Part shown: piece by piece, positions 1 through 21,208 of the stretch
Layout of the letters: each line of letters opens with the position of its first letter
Numbering within the stretch: the stretch's first letter is position 1
NCBI RefSeq assembly: GCF_022539665.2
Contig: NC_081332.1
Span: 5,332,001 to 5,396,000, forward strand
Reading direction: 5' to 3'
Length of the DNA stretch: 64,000 nt
Source: Daphnia carinata
Lineage: Eukaryota
The notes under the pieces: model-generated
The model's database searches: none
Told to the model about the DNA's origin: nothing
The model's input: only the letters and a program-made list of their open reading frames with translations
Program-made: the position numbers and the translations under genes

Positions 1-10
1 GTAGGCTCAC

Positions 11-224
11 TCTTCCATCCTGTAACACTTCCAGACTTGACTTGATCCCCCGCTAAAATTCTGTGAATGCAAAATAATAGCATTAAAAATACTTTTTCGA
101 TAGAAAAAAACCCGAAAAGTACCTAATCCATGTTTGATGTTGAACTCATGCCATTTCTGGGTTTCCGTACCACACCCATTTTTGGCAGTCTTTATGGTAA
201 TATTAATCAAAGCCACATGTACCA
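11..224 (-). CDS. Possible exons of an unidentified gene running off the left edge
   Basis: Minus-strand segments ~224-124 (VVHVALINITIKTAKNGCGTETQKWHEFNIKHGL) and ~52-11 (AGDQVKSGSVTGWK) are bounded by AG/GT and can join in frame. No family recognised. Confidence 0.3.
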
Positions 225-1360
225 CTATGAAATGGATGTTGAAAAGCAAATAAAAACCTGTTGAGATGGATATCAGGAGAATCAGAATAGATCTCAATCA
301 ACTTCAGTTATTCTTTTCCCTATAGTACTTAGTGAAATAGCATAATAGATATACTTGCCTCAATTCAGAACCATAGACCAACGGAAAAGAACACAGAAAT
401 GTAGCTGTGAAAGCAGATCACTTTAAAACACAGGATCAGGTATAGATCAACTAAGAGTAGACCTAAAATGCAAAGGCAAAAATATTGGGCACGATTGCAG
501 TTTACCAAGCATGTAGCAAAATAAAATAATTATCAAAGAAAAACATATGCACACTTGGGTTGCCGAATGGGTAAGTTTGATGCAATCTATGGCAATCGGT
601 TTTACCCCCCCCCCCCCCTCCACCCCCAAAAAAATATCGACCTTTCTTTGTTTTACTGCTATCGACCGGTAGATGGCGACAGCAGTGAAACGGAAAAAAA
701 GGCTGATAATTTTTTTTACTTTTACTTTTTACTACAAAATGGACGATATAAATGAATGGAACAACAATATCGATGGCCGAGTTTTTGCTCGAGATGGCCA
801 GTGGGTAGAAGTTCGATCTACGTAAATGACGTTGAGCAATGTGACTTAATATTCTGGATGATCACCCTCGGAAAATAACAACTTCAGTCAATGTTTGCCT
901 TAGTGTGGAATCAGTCATATCAACCAAAACTTTTAGATTGATACCCTGTGAGGTGAAGTAAGGAAAAAAAAAAAAAATTTAGTTATAAGTGTTTTCAACT
1001 AAACAAAATAAATAGATTTTGTTTTGTGTAGCCAATCTATCTTTCATTATTGCTGTCTTATGTTGAGTGGGAAAAGTAAAACATTTTTGGTACAGATGTT
1101 CAATTAATTCAGGAAATGGACAATGCTGACACATTTGGTAATCAGTCGGAATCATATGGTTAGTGCAAATGAAGACAAGATTCCAAAATTTGAGACATGT
1201 CCACAGAATCTTAATCAAAAATTATCAGTCAGTCATGACTTGACAAGTTATTAATAAATACTTACATATGAGGCACGCTATACAAATATTTATACCATAT
1301 GAAGTAATAGGCTGGGTAACAGAATATGCATCCAATATTGAACGGTGAATTCAGCTGAAG

Positions 1361-3547
1361 TTAGAGGCCAAATCCAGGCAAAGTAAACGCCAAAACTGAG
1401 AATTAAAATACAAAATATGATAAAAATCAATGGGAAAATTTCATTGTTTAAAATACCATTAATTTCATGACTTATTTCCTTTGGTACATGAAACTCGACA
1501 GAGATGGCTGTTAGCAGTGTATACAAACGATTCACCTCTGCTGATGAATGCTTATAAGTAAGCCAAGGCTCTCGGCGAGAGCTCAAAATACCAAGTGATA
1601 ATCTGAAAGCCTGGACGAGAATTTTCAGCCTCCGCTCTGCAGCATGAGATGTGAGCCCATCGACTTCAGTTTGATGATGAACAACGAATACAAGTGACTT
1701 CAATAAATGCGGAATGCATAAGCATTTTTTCACTGCAAACACGGAAGCTAATTAGCTGACTTAAAAAGATATTACTTTATACCATTATAGTACAATTTTC
1801 TGATGAAGGTGAAGCAAGCATAGTTGAAATAGTCAGAACCAGCTTTTGGGCTGCCTGAAATTGATCTTCTGAATTAAAAGATAGATATGCGTCTTTAAGA
1901 TTCAGAGCCGTTTTCTCGAGAAGGCAACCTTAAAAAAAAAATACCATAATTAGCTTTTGTTTATTTCAAAAGTTTATAATTATTAACCTGTTTGTCGGTT
2001 ACAAACCGTAGCTAAGCCGAACTGAGCTATGATGGCAGACAAGAGACTCATCATATCGATAATAGATGTTCGTCGAATTTCCGATAGAAGGACCTCAATA
2101 AGGCGGCCTTGTTTTGGATTTTCGACGAAGGGCAAAATATGGGTGATCCAGCAACACAAAAATTCTATATTTGACTTCAGGATATCTGCGTTCTACGAAA
2201 AAAAAAATCATGTTAAGAAAACAAACTTTATGAGTGAAAAGCATTGAAATACTTTGACCCGCTCTAAGTTGCTGCATATCATTTCGGCTATACCGGGTTC
2301 ACTGCTATGGAATAGGTCTATCAAATTTTCTTGGATTCCATCAGAAATCATTCGTAGTTTTAACTGTTCCATAACGGTTGAATACGAAATACCTGTCAGA
2401 ATCAATTAGATTTAGTAAGCTGCAGATGAAAAGGAAAAGAAAGATCGGTGGATGGGTGACGGAAGAGGAACAAAATAATCAGCAATCTACCGTTATTGTA
2501 CATGGACGACAGAAGGCTGAATTTGAGATTTTCGATCATAATTGAAGTATCAGTAGCATTATCTATTCCTACCGAGAAAATGCAGATTAAGACTAGCAAT
2601 AATGCATTGAACCATGCTTCAAATTTTACGTTCAGTGCCTGTTGAATCTAGACGGAATCGTTTCATAGGGTCAGTTTGAATTCCTGTTTCAGCTGTAGCA
2701 GTTTTCGCTTCGTATTTAGCCATTTCAAACGAGGATCTAAAAAACTGCCAACATCAAACATTCTTCTCCAAAAAAATTGTTTTCATATAATACCTGTTTA
2801 GGAATTTTCTTCTATTAGGTGATTCTTGGGCAGAGGTTGGAATTCTTTTACTCTTCTGGTGCTCTTTAGCACTTTGTTCAATCTTCTTGCATTTGTTACG
2901 TAACTCCTCCAACTCTAATTCCTGAAAAATGTTTAACAATTTATAAAAACATTCACAAATCAAATATTGTACATGATGCCATCAAACACTAAATACAATG
3001 GAGGAAAAGAAAAACAAACCTTGAACTTCATTTCTGTCTTTGATGCTTCAAGCTGTTTTGAATATTGTGTATCCATATGATGTACTTTGTCTTTTAAGGA
3101 GGCCAGCTGCTGACACACTTCCATTTCTCTTTTCTCCATAGCTGCCCGAACATTTTGGAGATCAGTTCGTAATATGGTGGTTTCCCCATTTTTCATAAGA
3201 TTTGTTTCAGATAGTCTTCGATTTTCTTCTTTCAGTAGCTCTAGTTCAGCTACATCCACTAATTTGGCTGCCACATTACTGCTGCTATTGAGACTTGATT
3301 CTGTAGCAGGTACAGATGTATGTGCCAGGGTTGCAGTCTTCTGGTTTGTTACATGAGTTTGAAGCTGATGGCTACTACTTGGTTGTTTGAATTCAAATCC
3401 ATACTTTGGTTTATTATCAATGAAATTATGCTGTTGACGGTGAGGCTGGGGCTTGGGGGAGGAACAATAACTTGCTTGAGTGGCAAGCAATACACATTCT
3501 TCTACGACATCGGCATCTAGATCGTCGTCTCCCCACAGGTCATCCAT
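1361..3547 (-). CDS. ATRIP: ATR-interacting protein (multi-exon)
   Basis: Acidic N-terminus MDDLWGDDDLDADVVEECVLLATQA, then a coiled coil with KNGETTILR and a spliced EMKFK|ELELEELR, matching recalled ATRIP motifs (KNGEIKILR, LQFKDAEM). Helical C-terminal exons follow. Last exon inferred as 1395-1361 (VLAFTLPGFGL*). Confidence 0.8.
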
Positions 3548-4220
3548 ACTTGGCGTTGTGTAGTGGTTGCGATTTATCCAGCGTGCATACAAAACAAAAT
3601 AAATGGCTTCAAACCGAGAGAATATCCAGTAAAAGAATGAAAACTAGACAAGCTGTTTCCTAATAGTAATAGAAACCTAAGTGCATTGCTGCCGATGATG
3701 CACAATCCTTGCTTTGGCGCTTAAGATTGAAAAAGCAGACAGCGCAGAATACAACATCCGAAAATCTCTGACGTTGCCACATTAAAATGTCAAAAATTGT
3801 ACAATTGATTTGTCAGATTTGCCCTTTGCCTTAAGTCTAAAGTGTAAGTTAATTATGTTCCGTCTTATTGATTTCTTAAACTGTTTCCAATTCAGGTCAT
3901 CATATGGTTTACGAAAAATGATTCGGAAAAATTTAAGCGCCAGCTATAGCGACGAGCGAGCCCTCTGCCGTAATTCCCACCACTTTGACGGCTTTGAAAA
4001 GATTCATTTTCCTTTAAAAAAATTAAGTTATTCTCTACGTACTAGTATATTTAAAAACTGTTTCGTACAAATAAAGAAAACAAATTAGAAGATTAGGAAA
4101 ATCGTAGAGGGTTTGAAAGGGACTTCAGTCCAAGCTTTTGTAAAGCTTGAATGACTGTTTGAGAAAAATGGGGTTGCAAAACAAATGCAAAGATTATACA
4201 GTGAATTTACAGTTAAAAAG

Positions 4221-6583
<2,363 letters not shown>

Positions 6584-6729
6584 GGTTAGTCGCGTTCGTC
6601 CATTGATCCCACGACTACATTGACAGGAGATTGGCTGTGAGGGGGATGGGGGATAGTGAATTAAGAGGAGGCGGGCCCCTGAGCTGCTCGAAAGCAGAAG
6701 ACGCATCGATTATACTTGTATGTTATATA

Positions 6730-6737
6730 TATCGATA
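6730..6737. promoter_or_regulatory. DRE (DREF/BEAF-type) element upstream of GPR107
   Basis: Perfect palindrome TATCGATA ~150 bp upstream of the ATG, with CATCGAT at ~6704. Confidence 0.55.
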
Positions 6738-7208
6738 GCTTCCTTCGGAAACAAGTTTGAATTTTAGAATAAAAATTAATATTTAACTACTTATTCCTTT
6801 TATTCCAATATTACTCCACGCGTCGATTGCTGTACAATAATCGAACTTTATATAATCGAACGCTACATATTTATTCCCGGAATGTATAATAATTGCTTCC
6901 AAGACAATGCTTCCAAAGGTTCATTTAATGTCTGTATTCATTCGTTCACTGAAATTAAACATTCGACGACAAATGAAAGAAAAACAAATAATTTTCTGTG
7001 CACAGAAGTAATGCAGCGAGATGTACAGATCAATTAAAAAAAAAAATGGTACAGGTATTCGTTCCCTCAATTCTCATAACTGAGATAACTAACAAGTCAT
7101 GGCTAACATTTTTTTCTTTGTGAAACGATAATAGAGAAATGGCGACAATCAAATAATTCAATTTTGCCAAAAAATTTGATGGAAAGAGAAATGAATTTCA
7201 TTGACAAT

Positions 7209-8789
7209 TTATGTCGTTCGTCTAGAATCCTCTTCGTTGTCTCGTTCCACAGATCCATTACACTCAACCAGTCGAAACATCGCGTCGAAGGTGTCCAATT
7301 GGATTTCTAACTGGGGTTTTGGGGCACGGATACTCAAATCCGAAACCTGGGCAATTTCTTGATCAATTCGGCTCATCAACAACTCGATGGTTATCTAATG
7401 GATTAATTTACGATAGAGTGAAACTACTACGTTAAAAATAAATTAACATTTTAAATTTACGCGGAAGTCCTCGCGATAGTTTTCTAGCAATCTTAGCTGC
7501 CCCTGAAGGCAATCCAGTGTCTGTTTGATCATGAAGCATTGGGTTTCATTTGCAGAGTTTTGGCCTAAAGATTTTAATTTTTCGATGAAGACTGTGTGTT
7601 TTTCCTCATACCTAAATGAAAACTGTTAGGTAACGCTTTTCTGTCGTTTCTCCGATTCACCAGATATTTTTCTTACTCGTTATACATTTGCTCTCCGGAA
7701 TACTCAACCATGTATAGATATTTTTTGCCCATTTCTTTGTACTGATTAGACACGGTGTTTTTCTTTTCAATGATTGCATCGAACTGGGACTTAAGCGCGT
7801 CGTACTCTGCCCTGAATTTTTTTAAAGATTTGATAAAACCAATTTGAGAGAATATCGAGATGTGTAAAAACTTTTTTCGAACTCGTCCATACTTCAAGTT
7901 TGCAAAAACATTTTTCTCATCACAAGGATGTGCTTCCTCGCCCGCTGTTCGTTCAGATGAAGATAACCTGGGACATGTGCTCTTCTCTTTGGATAGTGCA
8001 GCCAACTAAAATTATTGTGGAATAAGTTGAATTGACATACTTGTTTTACATAAGACAAAATGTACTTTGGATTCCAGATTTGTGTTCTCGGTCTCTAGAT
8101 TCCTTATTCTTTCCTGAGCAGTTATTAATTCACTTTTAGTATCTTGGAGCTGTTTTTGGTTAGCAGATAATTCCTTCTGTACTGCTAAAACTTCTTCCAA
8201 TGCAGAATTTGCCTCCTCTTTCACAGCCTTTGATTCATTAATTTTTGCAAGTGCTTCTTGGAGATGTTCTTGAAACCGTTTTTTATCTTCTAGTGCAACT
8301 TCAAGTTCTTTTTTTGTTTTATCAACAGTGTTTCTTTCTTTTATATTTTTATGATACTCTTTGGATAATAATTCTCTCAAGTACCCAATAGTAGTCTCCA
8401 TGCCTTGAATACGCCGTAAATCAGTTGTGATAGCATAACTTGGTGAAGCTGCGGCATACATGGCAGTTTGTGGATGAAACGAATTATTATATGAGGCTGG
8501 TTGTCCTTGGTTCCAACTGATGAACTGCTGAAACTGAATTGCTCGAGTGGGTGGCTGGTTTGAAGTTTGTTGAAGGGTATATGGCTGTGGAGGTTGTTGA
8601 TGCAGAAAGTTCCCAGTAGGCAATGCCTGCAGTGAAACATTGCATTTAAACTAAGATGTTTGCTCCATATTTATACATTGGTGAAGTATTTTAAATAATC
8701 AGAAAAACTACTTAACATACCAAATCGCCTGTTCCACGTTGAACACCAGAACGATAGCTAACATAACCAGCTATATCTTGTGTAGACAT
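7209..8789 (-). CDS. Uncharacterised multi-exon coiled-coil protein with a Q/P-rich N-terminus
   Basis: ATG 8789 (MSTQDIAGYVSY...), donor at 8720, acceptor at 8627, 203-aa heptad-rich ORF, further short exons, and an open last exon ending EDSRRTT* at 7209. Confidence 0.7.
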
Positions 8790-9811
8790 ATCAACTACTA
8801 AAAGGATGTTGGTGGACAATACCTTTACCAATAATATTTCCTGCACGTCCGAACGTACGTCTCGGCTTGTATCAATTGCTTAAACTTGGATGCCAACTAA
8901 CCAACGTCGAACAATATTTTATTTTTTTTGTTTTGAAATGGAGGGAAACCACATGGCGGTGTTGCAAGCTCTATACAGAATGAGTCCTTTCTGGTTAATA
9001 TTTCATAAATATCTTAATATTAAAAGATAACAGATAGATTTTTATAGTTGGGTTCTCCGACTTTTTTAAATTATTGTTCTTTGAGTTCGTTTGTTGGTCT
9101 ATTCTTTCGCGTCGATTTCTATAGGCAATAGGTATGAGGGAATGAGTCTAACCAGAAACCATGCAAACGACGACTAGTGGCTAAGGGCGGTAGGACCTAC
9201 GGTTTCTGACCGACATGGTAGTAATTCATCAAAACTGCATAGTAAACAAGGTCCCATGTTCAATTTTAATTAAAGCCAAGGATTTAACGTTTAGTCTACT
9301 CTGGCTATTGCCTAAAAACTGTTGCTGAAACATTGTGGTAGAGACACAGATGATTTCACCGAAAACCAGAGAGAAAAGAAACTTCACTGTTTAAACTGAA
9401 TTGTAGAGGAACCATTTCCGGGGAGACGAAGGCCATTTGGCGGCGCCACAAGACCGTGTAACCAAGTTTGCACTATAACTCGTTAGTAAACGAATCTTTG
9501 TCAATGGGAAATGCAACTAGACCACGCCAATGGAACTAATGACGTTATTAACCCATTCAAACAATGTGATATTAACCGTGCGCTGTATCACCTGATAACC
9601 TTGGAAAACAGCTCAAGTGGAAAACAGGGAGAACGAATCCAACCCTTAGGGGGAACGTAGCCAACTGCGGCCACCAGGTGACTGGAGAACTCTTTCTCCT
9701 CCTTCAGTGTTCAGTTTCTTCTGCTGCCAAGCCCAGGTAAGGGCGTCACAAGGTAGCTCTCATACGAAGTTTGTGTCTAATTTGGCATGATCATTTAAGA
9801 ACCATTTCAAC

Positions 9812-10569
9812 ATGAATATCCTCTCACTGCTTACCATCGGAGTGATTCTTCTTGTGACGGATGCCCAGGGTAAATTTTCTACTTATAACATTAAAAAGGT
9901 TTTCAGTGCTCAAGTTGGTTCTTTCATGGTGAAAGTGGGTCGCGATATGTATGCCGTACGGGGCAAGAAAGTAACTGACTGTTATGTTGTGGTTGCGTTA
10001 CAGGTGCCGTGAAACGCTGCTTCAAATGCCGTTCCAGAGGCGAGCTGGGCGATTGCCGCAATCCTGACGAGAGAACATCAAGTCTGCCAAGCACTGGAAG
10101 GAATCCTTTCCTTTTGTCTTCCGACAGAGATCAAACGACTAGAAGCAACTCGAATGCTTTCGGAGCCAACTTTGACAGTTCCTCGTCGTGGAGTGGAGTT
10201 GAAGCTGTACCGTGCTCATCAGGCTGGTGTGCAAAAGTGATAGAAGGCAAGGGCACGTTCAAAGCTGAAGGTGAAACTTTCTTTTTCCTCTGAAATAAAT
10301 CTTGCGGCAACAGTTACAACAATTTCAGTGTGAGCTAATATTTTGATCACGTGTTTCTAGAGTACGGAATGGCGACGGAGCGGATGTGTCTGCAACGGCC
10401 GCCACAAGATTTGCGTGAGCGATGTGCCATGACGGTTCGAGGCAATCAAGAAGTCTACATGTGCTTCTGTCAAGGCGACCTGTGCAATGGCCAGCCTACG
10501 TTCAAAGCTTCATTGGACCTGATTGCTGGCCTTGCTTTGTCGGCCTTATTCGTTTTGCGCACTTTTTAA
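9812..10569 (+). CDS. rtv: Retroactive, a GPI-anchored Ly-6/three-finger protein (chitin organisation)
   Basis: Exons 9812-9869, 10004-10270 and 10361-10569. RCFKCRSRGELGDC, VPCSSGWCAKVIEG, RMCLQR and VYMCFCQGDLCNG match Drosophila Rtv as recalled. Signal peptide and hydrophobic GPI tail present. Confidence 0.92.
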
Positions 10570-10910
10570 AGATTCATCGTGCAACATACTCTCTCATTCC
10601 AGGCATCCTGTTTGCGTTTTAAATCATTCCTCATAACATAACTTCGTTGACACAATAGACAATTTTGCTTTTAAACGTAATTTTATGTAAACTGCATCTG
10701 ATTTATTGACTATGTATGCGGTCTATATCAAACTGGTAGGAAAGAACTTGAATTAGAAATTTAGAACAAGAGAAAAGAGACTATCTTGAGTACTGGACAG
10801 AAGGAGAAAAAAACAAACAAAAAACCTTCGGCAAAACCGGTCAATACCACTGGCCCATTCTCCGAAAACAGGAAATCATTGCTGCGTTCCGCTAATGTGT
10901 TGACCCTTTC

Positions 10911-17725
<6,815 letters not shown>

Positions 17726-18286
17726 TCTGTATTCTGACATGACAAAAACATGAAATAAAACTACGTTAACAACTATCGTATCACAAAAGACATATTATAT
17801 CAACGTGGGATTACCTCAACAAAGTTTTCCACTTAAAATTCAAAAAGAACGCCGGCGAACGACTAAACCAACAAAATGACAAACGCTCCACTGACAATAC
17901 CTCGTAGAATACTACAGTGGAGACGCAGCGGGTATTTTCGTAATCACCCTGATTCTCTGCGTACTTTCTCGAAAATTCTTTATTAGTTTATTTGTTATTA
18001 TTGTTGTAGACATACGATTTGCATTCTTTAGATTATGGGAAATGATTTCAAATCATTTTATCTACATACACGGAAACAGCTTGTCGTTTAAATCATTATT
18101 TTCACCAACAGGTTTCAGACGAACAACTCCTTTTTAGACCATTGTATTTAGTATCCAACCAACGAAACAAGGCATGCCATTTGTAGACGGAAAAATGACA
18201 GCAAAAACCGGAATTTAGATGTGGTTCTGAACATAGAAGCAGCTTTAGGAAACCCACGAGTCACAGCATTGTAAAGTAAATAAAGT

Positions 18287-20667
18287 TTAGAAAACGCGTG
18301 ATTGCAAAATCGGTATCATTAGCTTCAAGGCATTCTCTAGGTAGGCGCGACAATTAGAAGCCTGTAAGATTTAAAAAGAAACGCATATAATACGACAAAA
18401 AAACGTTGTAAACAGAAATGCAAATAGGGAATACTTCGTAGTAAATGTCAGTCGAATAATTCGTATGATCGGCGTCTTTGACCCAAATAATTTTATTAGC
18501 ATGATGGCTGCCCAACTTCGAAATTTCTGCCGCCAAAACGTTTGTCACACTGCGTAGAAAATTTTCCGTACATTACATACTTTTGCATTGTCCTATGAAA
18601 AAGTACCTCTGAAATGTTTCAGCTTCCAATCGTGCACCTATTGCCGGATTGGATGGTTTGCTTGCCATCAGAGTGAGTTCGGCGCCTTTGTGAAAGAGTT
18701 CTACTGCAAGCGACGTAACCAAGGCTAACGAGTCTAAGGCACGTCGGTAGACCTCTAGTGATGAGCTAACTTCCACCGAGTCTGACATTCCATCCCTAAA
18801 GGCCTAAATACGTTAAAGCAAAATTAATATCAGGCAGACTATAGCAGGTCAATTTGTACACGCACGCACGTTCATTAATTTTTTCAACGACAACTCGAGA
18901 CTTATCCGATCAAAACAACTTGAAAGATTTTGCTCGAGGGCTTGCAAATCAAGCACATCTGAGTTGGAATTGTCGTTATCTTCAGTGTCATCCGTTTGAG
19001 AACAAAGCACAGCTATCTCATCTACGATGGCTTTCCTCTGTGAAGGCAATCGACGGATCTGAGGTGCAACGCGGTTTTGACATTGTTGGGAAAGCATCTC
19101 TAGAGCTTCCAAATGAACAATTCCTGTTGGCAACCAATACATGAAAAATCTGTAGCGTCTAAACTAATGTTTCTAGTAGATATACCATTATGGAGTTCAA
19201 ATAAAGCCGTAAATTTCGGAATTACTGATTCTGCTGAACCCTTTGCCGACGATGAATCAGTATGTGCCACTTCGCTGATTTCTTTAGCTTCGCGTAAAAT
19301 CTAAACATAATATAAGAGTTCAACTGCTTCATTGTTTTCATCAATAATAAAAATTACTATACCTGCGATAGACAAGGTCGATCGTGTGAACCTTGAAGTG
19401 GGTTTACCAGCACAGCTTTGGTTCTTTTCAATCCAGGGTCAGATTGTTGCAAGACGTTGATGGTTTTCTTTCCTAGGAGCTCAAGGGTATCCAATCCGGT
19501 GGAGAATAAGCTACTTCCAGTACTTTCAACGAATTTGGTAATGTTGCTGACTCCTCCAAACAGAGAGAGCTGGGTAAAGCCTGCAGGTTTTTCTTCTTGA
19601 GCTGGTTGCTTAGGAATCTGATCTTCGACCTCAGTGCATTTTTTATCAGCTTTATAAAATTAATAAATCAATCAATAAATGAAAACAACACAAAACAAAA
19701 AAATATAAATTTTCAGTAGGCGTGTTCTTACCAAATAGCAGATCTTCTTTGGCTAAATCTTCGGGTTCCGGAATGTTCAAACCATTCTCCACTGTAGAAA
19801 GTATTTGATTAGTTAGCGAGGCCACAGATGACATCAATGACTTGGGTGGAGCAAACCAACCCCATCCATCATCACTTGGATTTGGATTGGAAGATGTGCT
19901 AGTCTGTAAAATGACACTATTTTATTGAAGAATTTCTTGATAAATATTATGGGGACAACCTGCTGAGCAGAAGATGTGACTACTTCTTTGTAAATTGCTT
20001 TGGAATCAGTCTCTGATAAGGCAAGATTAGGAGATTCAGGTGGTTGGGATAATTTCACTGCTCCTAGTTTCTTTGCTCCTAGGGTTGGCTTGGATCTTAC
20101 TTTCCCACGATTAGAGATATTCCTTGTTGAAATTTTTTTTGCTATTTCAGATGGCACTTGGGCATCCTCACAGATTTGCTCAATAGAGGGAATGGTTTTG
20201 TCGACCGTTTTTGGTAGCAAGTCTGTGTCAAAGTTTGTGGGAACATTATCTTGTAACTCAGTAGTTTCATTTTTTTGGTCTTCTTGGTTAGCCAGTGCAT
20301 CCCCAGGAGAAATCTTATTCAAAATATCGCCAGACTGTGGAATTTCATGTGTGTGAACTATTTGGTCTTCAACAGAAGTAGCCTTAACATCCTGCAGTTC
20401 TTTATGATGTGGAAACTCCTCTGAGAAACAGACAGGAATGTCAGAATTATTTGGAGGGTCTATAATTCCTGTAAGTTCAGGAGCTGCAACTGGCTTATCT
20501 TCGTCTGTTACTTTCAGTATTTCTTCCTTTTCATTACTCAACCCTGTTTGCACAGCAGAAATGGTTCCCTTTGTAGTACACTCCTCTTCAGTACAACTCT
20601 CATCTGTCGATTCGTCACCTTCGTCTGCGCTCTCGAACTCGTCATCGTCACTATCAGACTTTGACAT
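18287..20667 (-). CDS. FAM114A2: FAM114A (Noxp20 family) protein
   Basis: Starts MSKSDSDDDEFESADE. Motifs GLDTLELLGKKTINVLQQSDPGL and GIVHLEALEMLS, and C-terminus ASNCRAYLENALKLMIPILQSRVF*. Confidence 0.85.
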
Positions 20668-21208
20668 CGTGTATCGCAATGAAAATTTAGTGTACTTAGA
20701 AACTTGACCAAGATGCTTTTACTGCGTTTACCACAACTGGGAACTGTCAATATATCATCCTCTTGCCGATGGTAACTTTCCCTGGATCGCGACTATGTAA
20801 CCACAACATGGTCTGCAGACGAACAAACATGAATCCTTACACGTCATTTGTACAACTTTGCGTTTATCCGTCAGGTGGCCTCAATCGATTCATACGAGGA
20901 ATGGGATGAGATTTGGCGCTATTAGTTCCAGAACTCTTTGAAAAAATTATTGCCTACTCCGGCTTAAAAATATCTCACCCAATTCTGATGTAATAGAAAA
21001 GTGGTGGCTTCGATAGAAAACAAAGCAAGCCAATAAATATTTACTTATAAATACCAGAAAAACTATTGTACAATCTATAAACTCCTCTCTTAAACTGGAA
21101 CTTCTCACCATAAAGCTTTTCTGGTTTGTTTTCAAAGAAAACACACAATATCACAAGTTGATGTGCATGCATTTTAGACTAGCAGGTGGTTCTTCTTTAT
21201 TTCAGATT

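Noticed and set aside
739..1110. Possible plus-strand gene starting MDDINEWNNNIDGRVFARDGQWVEVRST
   Set aside because: It stops after 28 codons and I could not build a consistent spliced frame. Left unresolved.
979..1218. 79-aa minus-strand ORF as the ATRIP last exon
   Set aside because: Splicing 1457 to 1395 reaches a stop at 1361 first, so this is more likely UTR.
17726..17740. ST13 start at ATG 17740 (MSEYR...)
   Set aside because: This ATG appears to lie inside a 5' UTR intron (donor ~17814, CAG acceptors just downstream), so 17725 is preferred.
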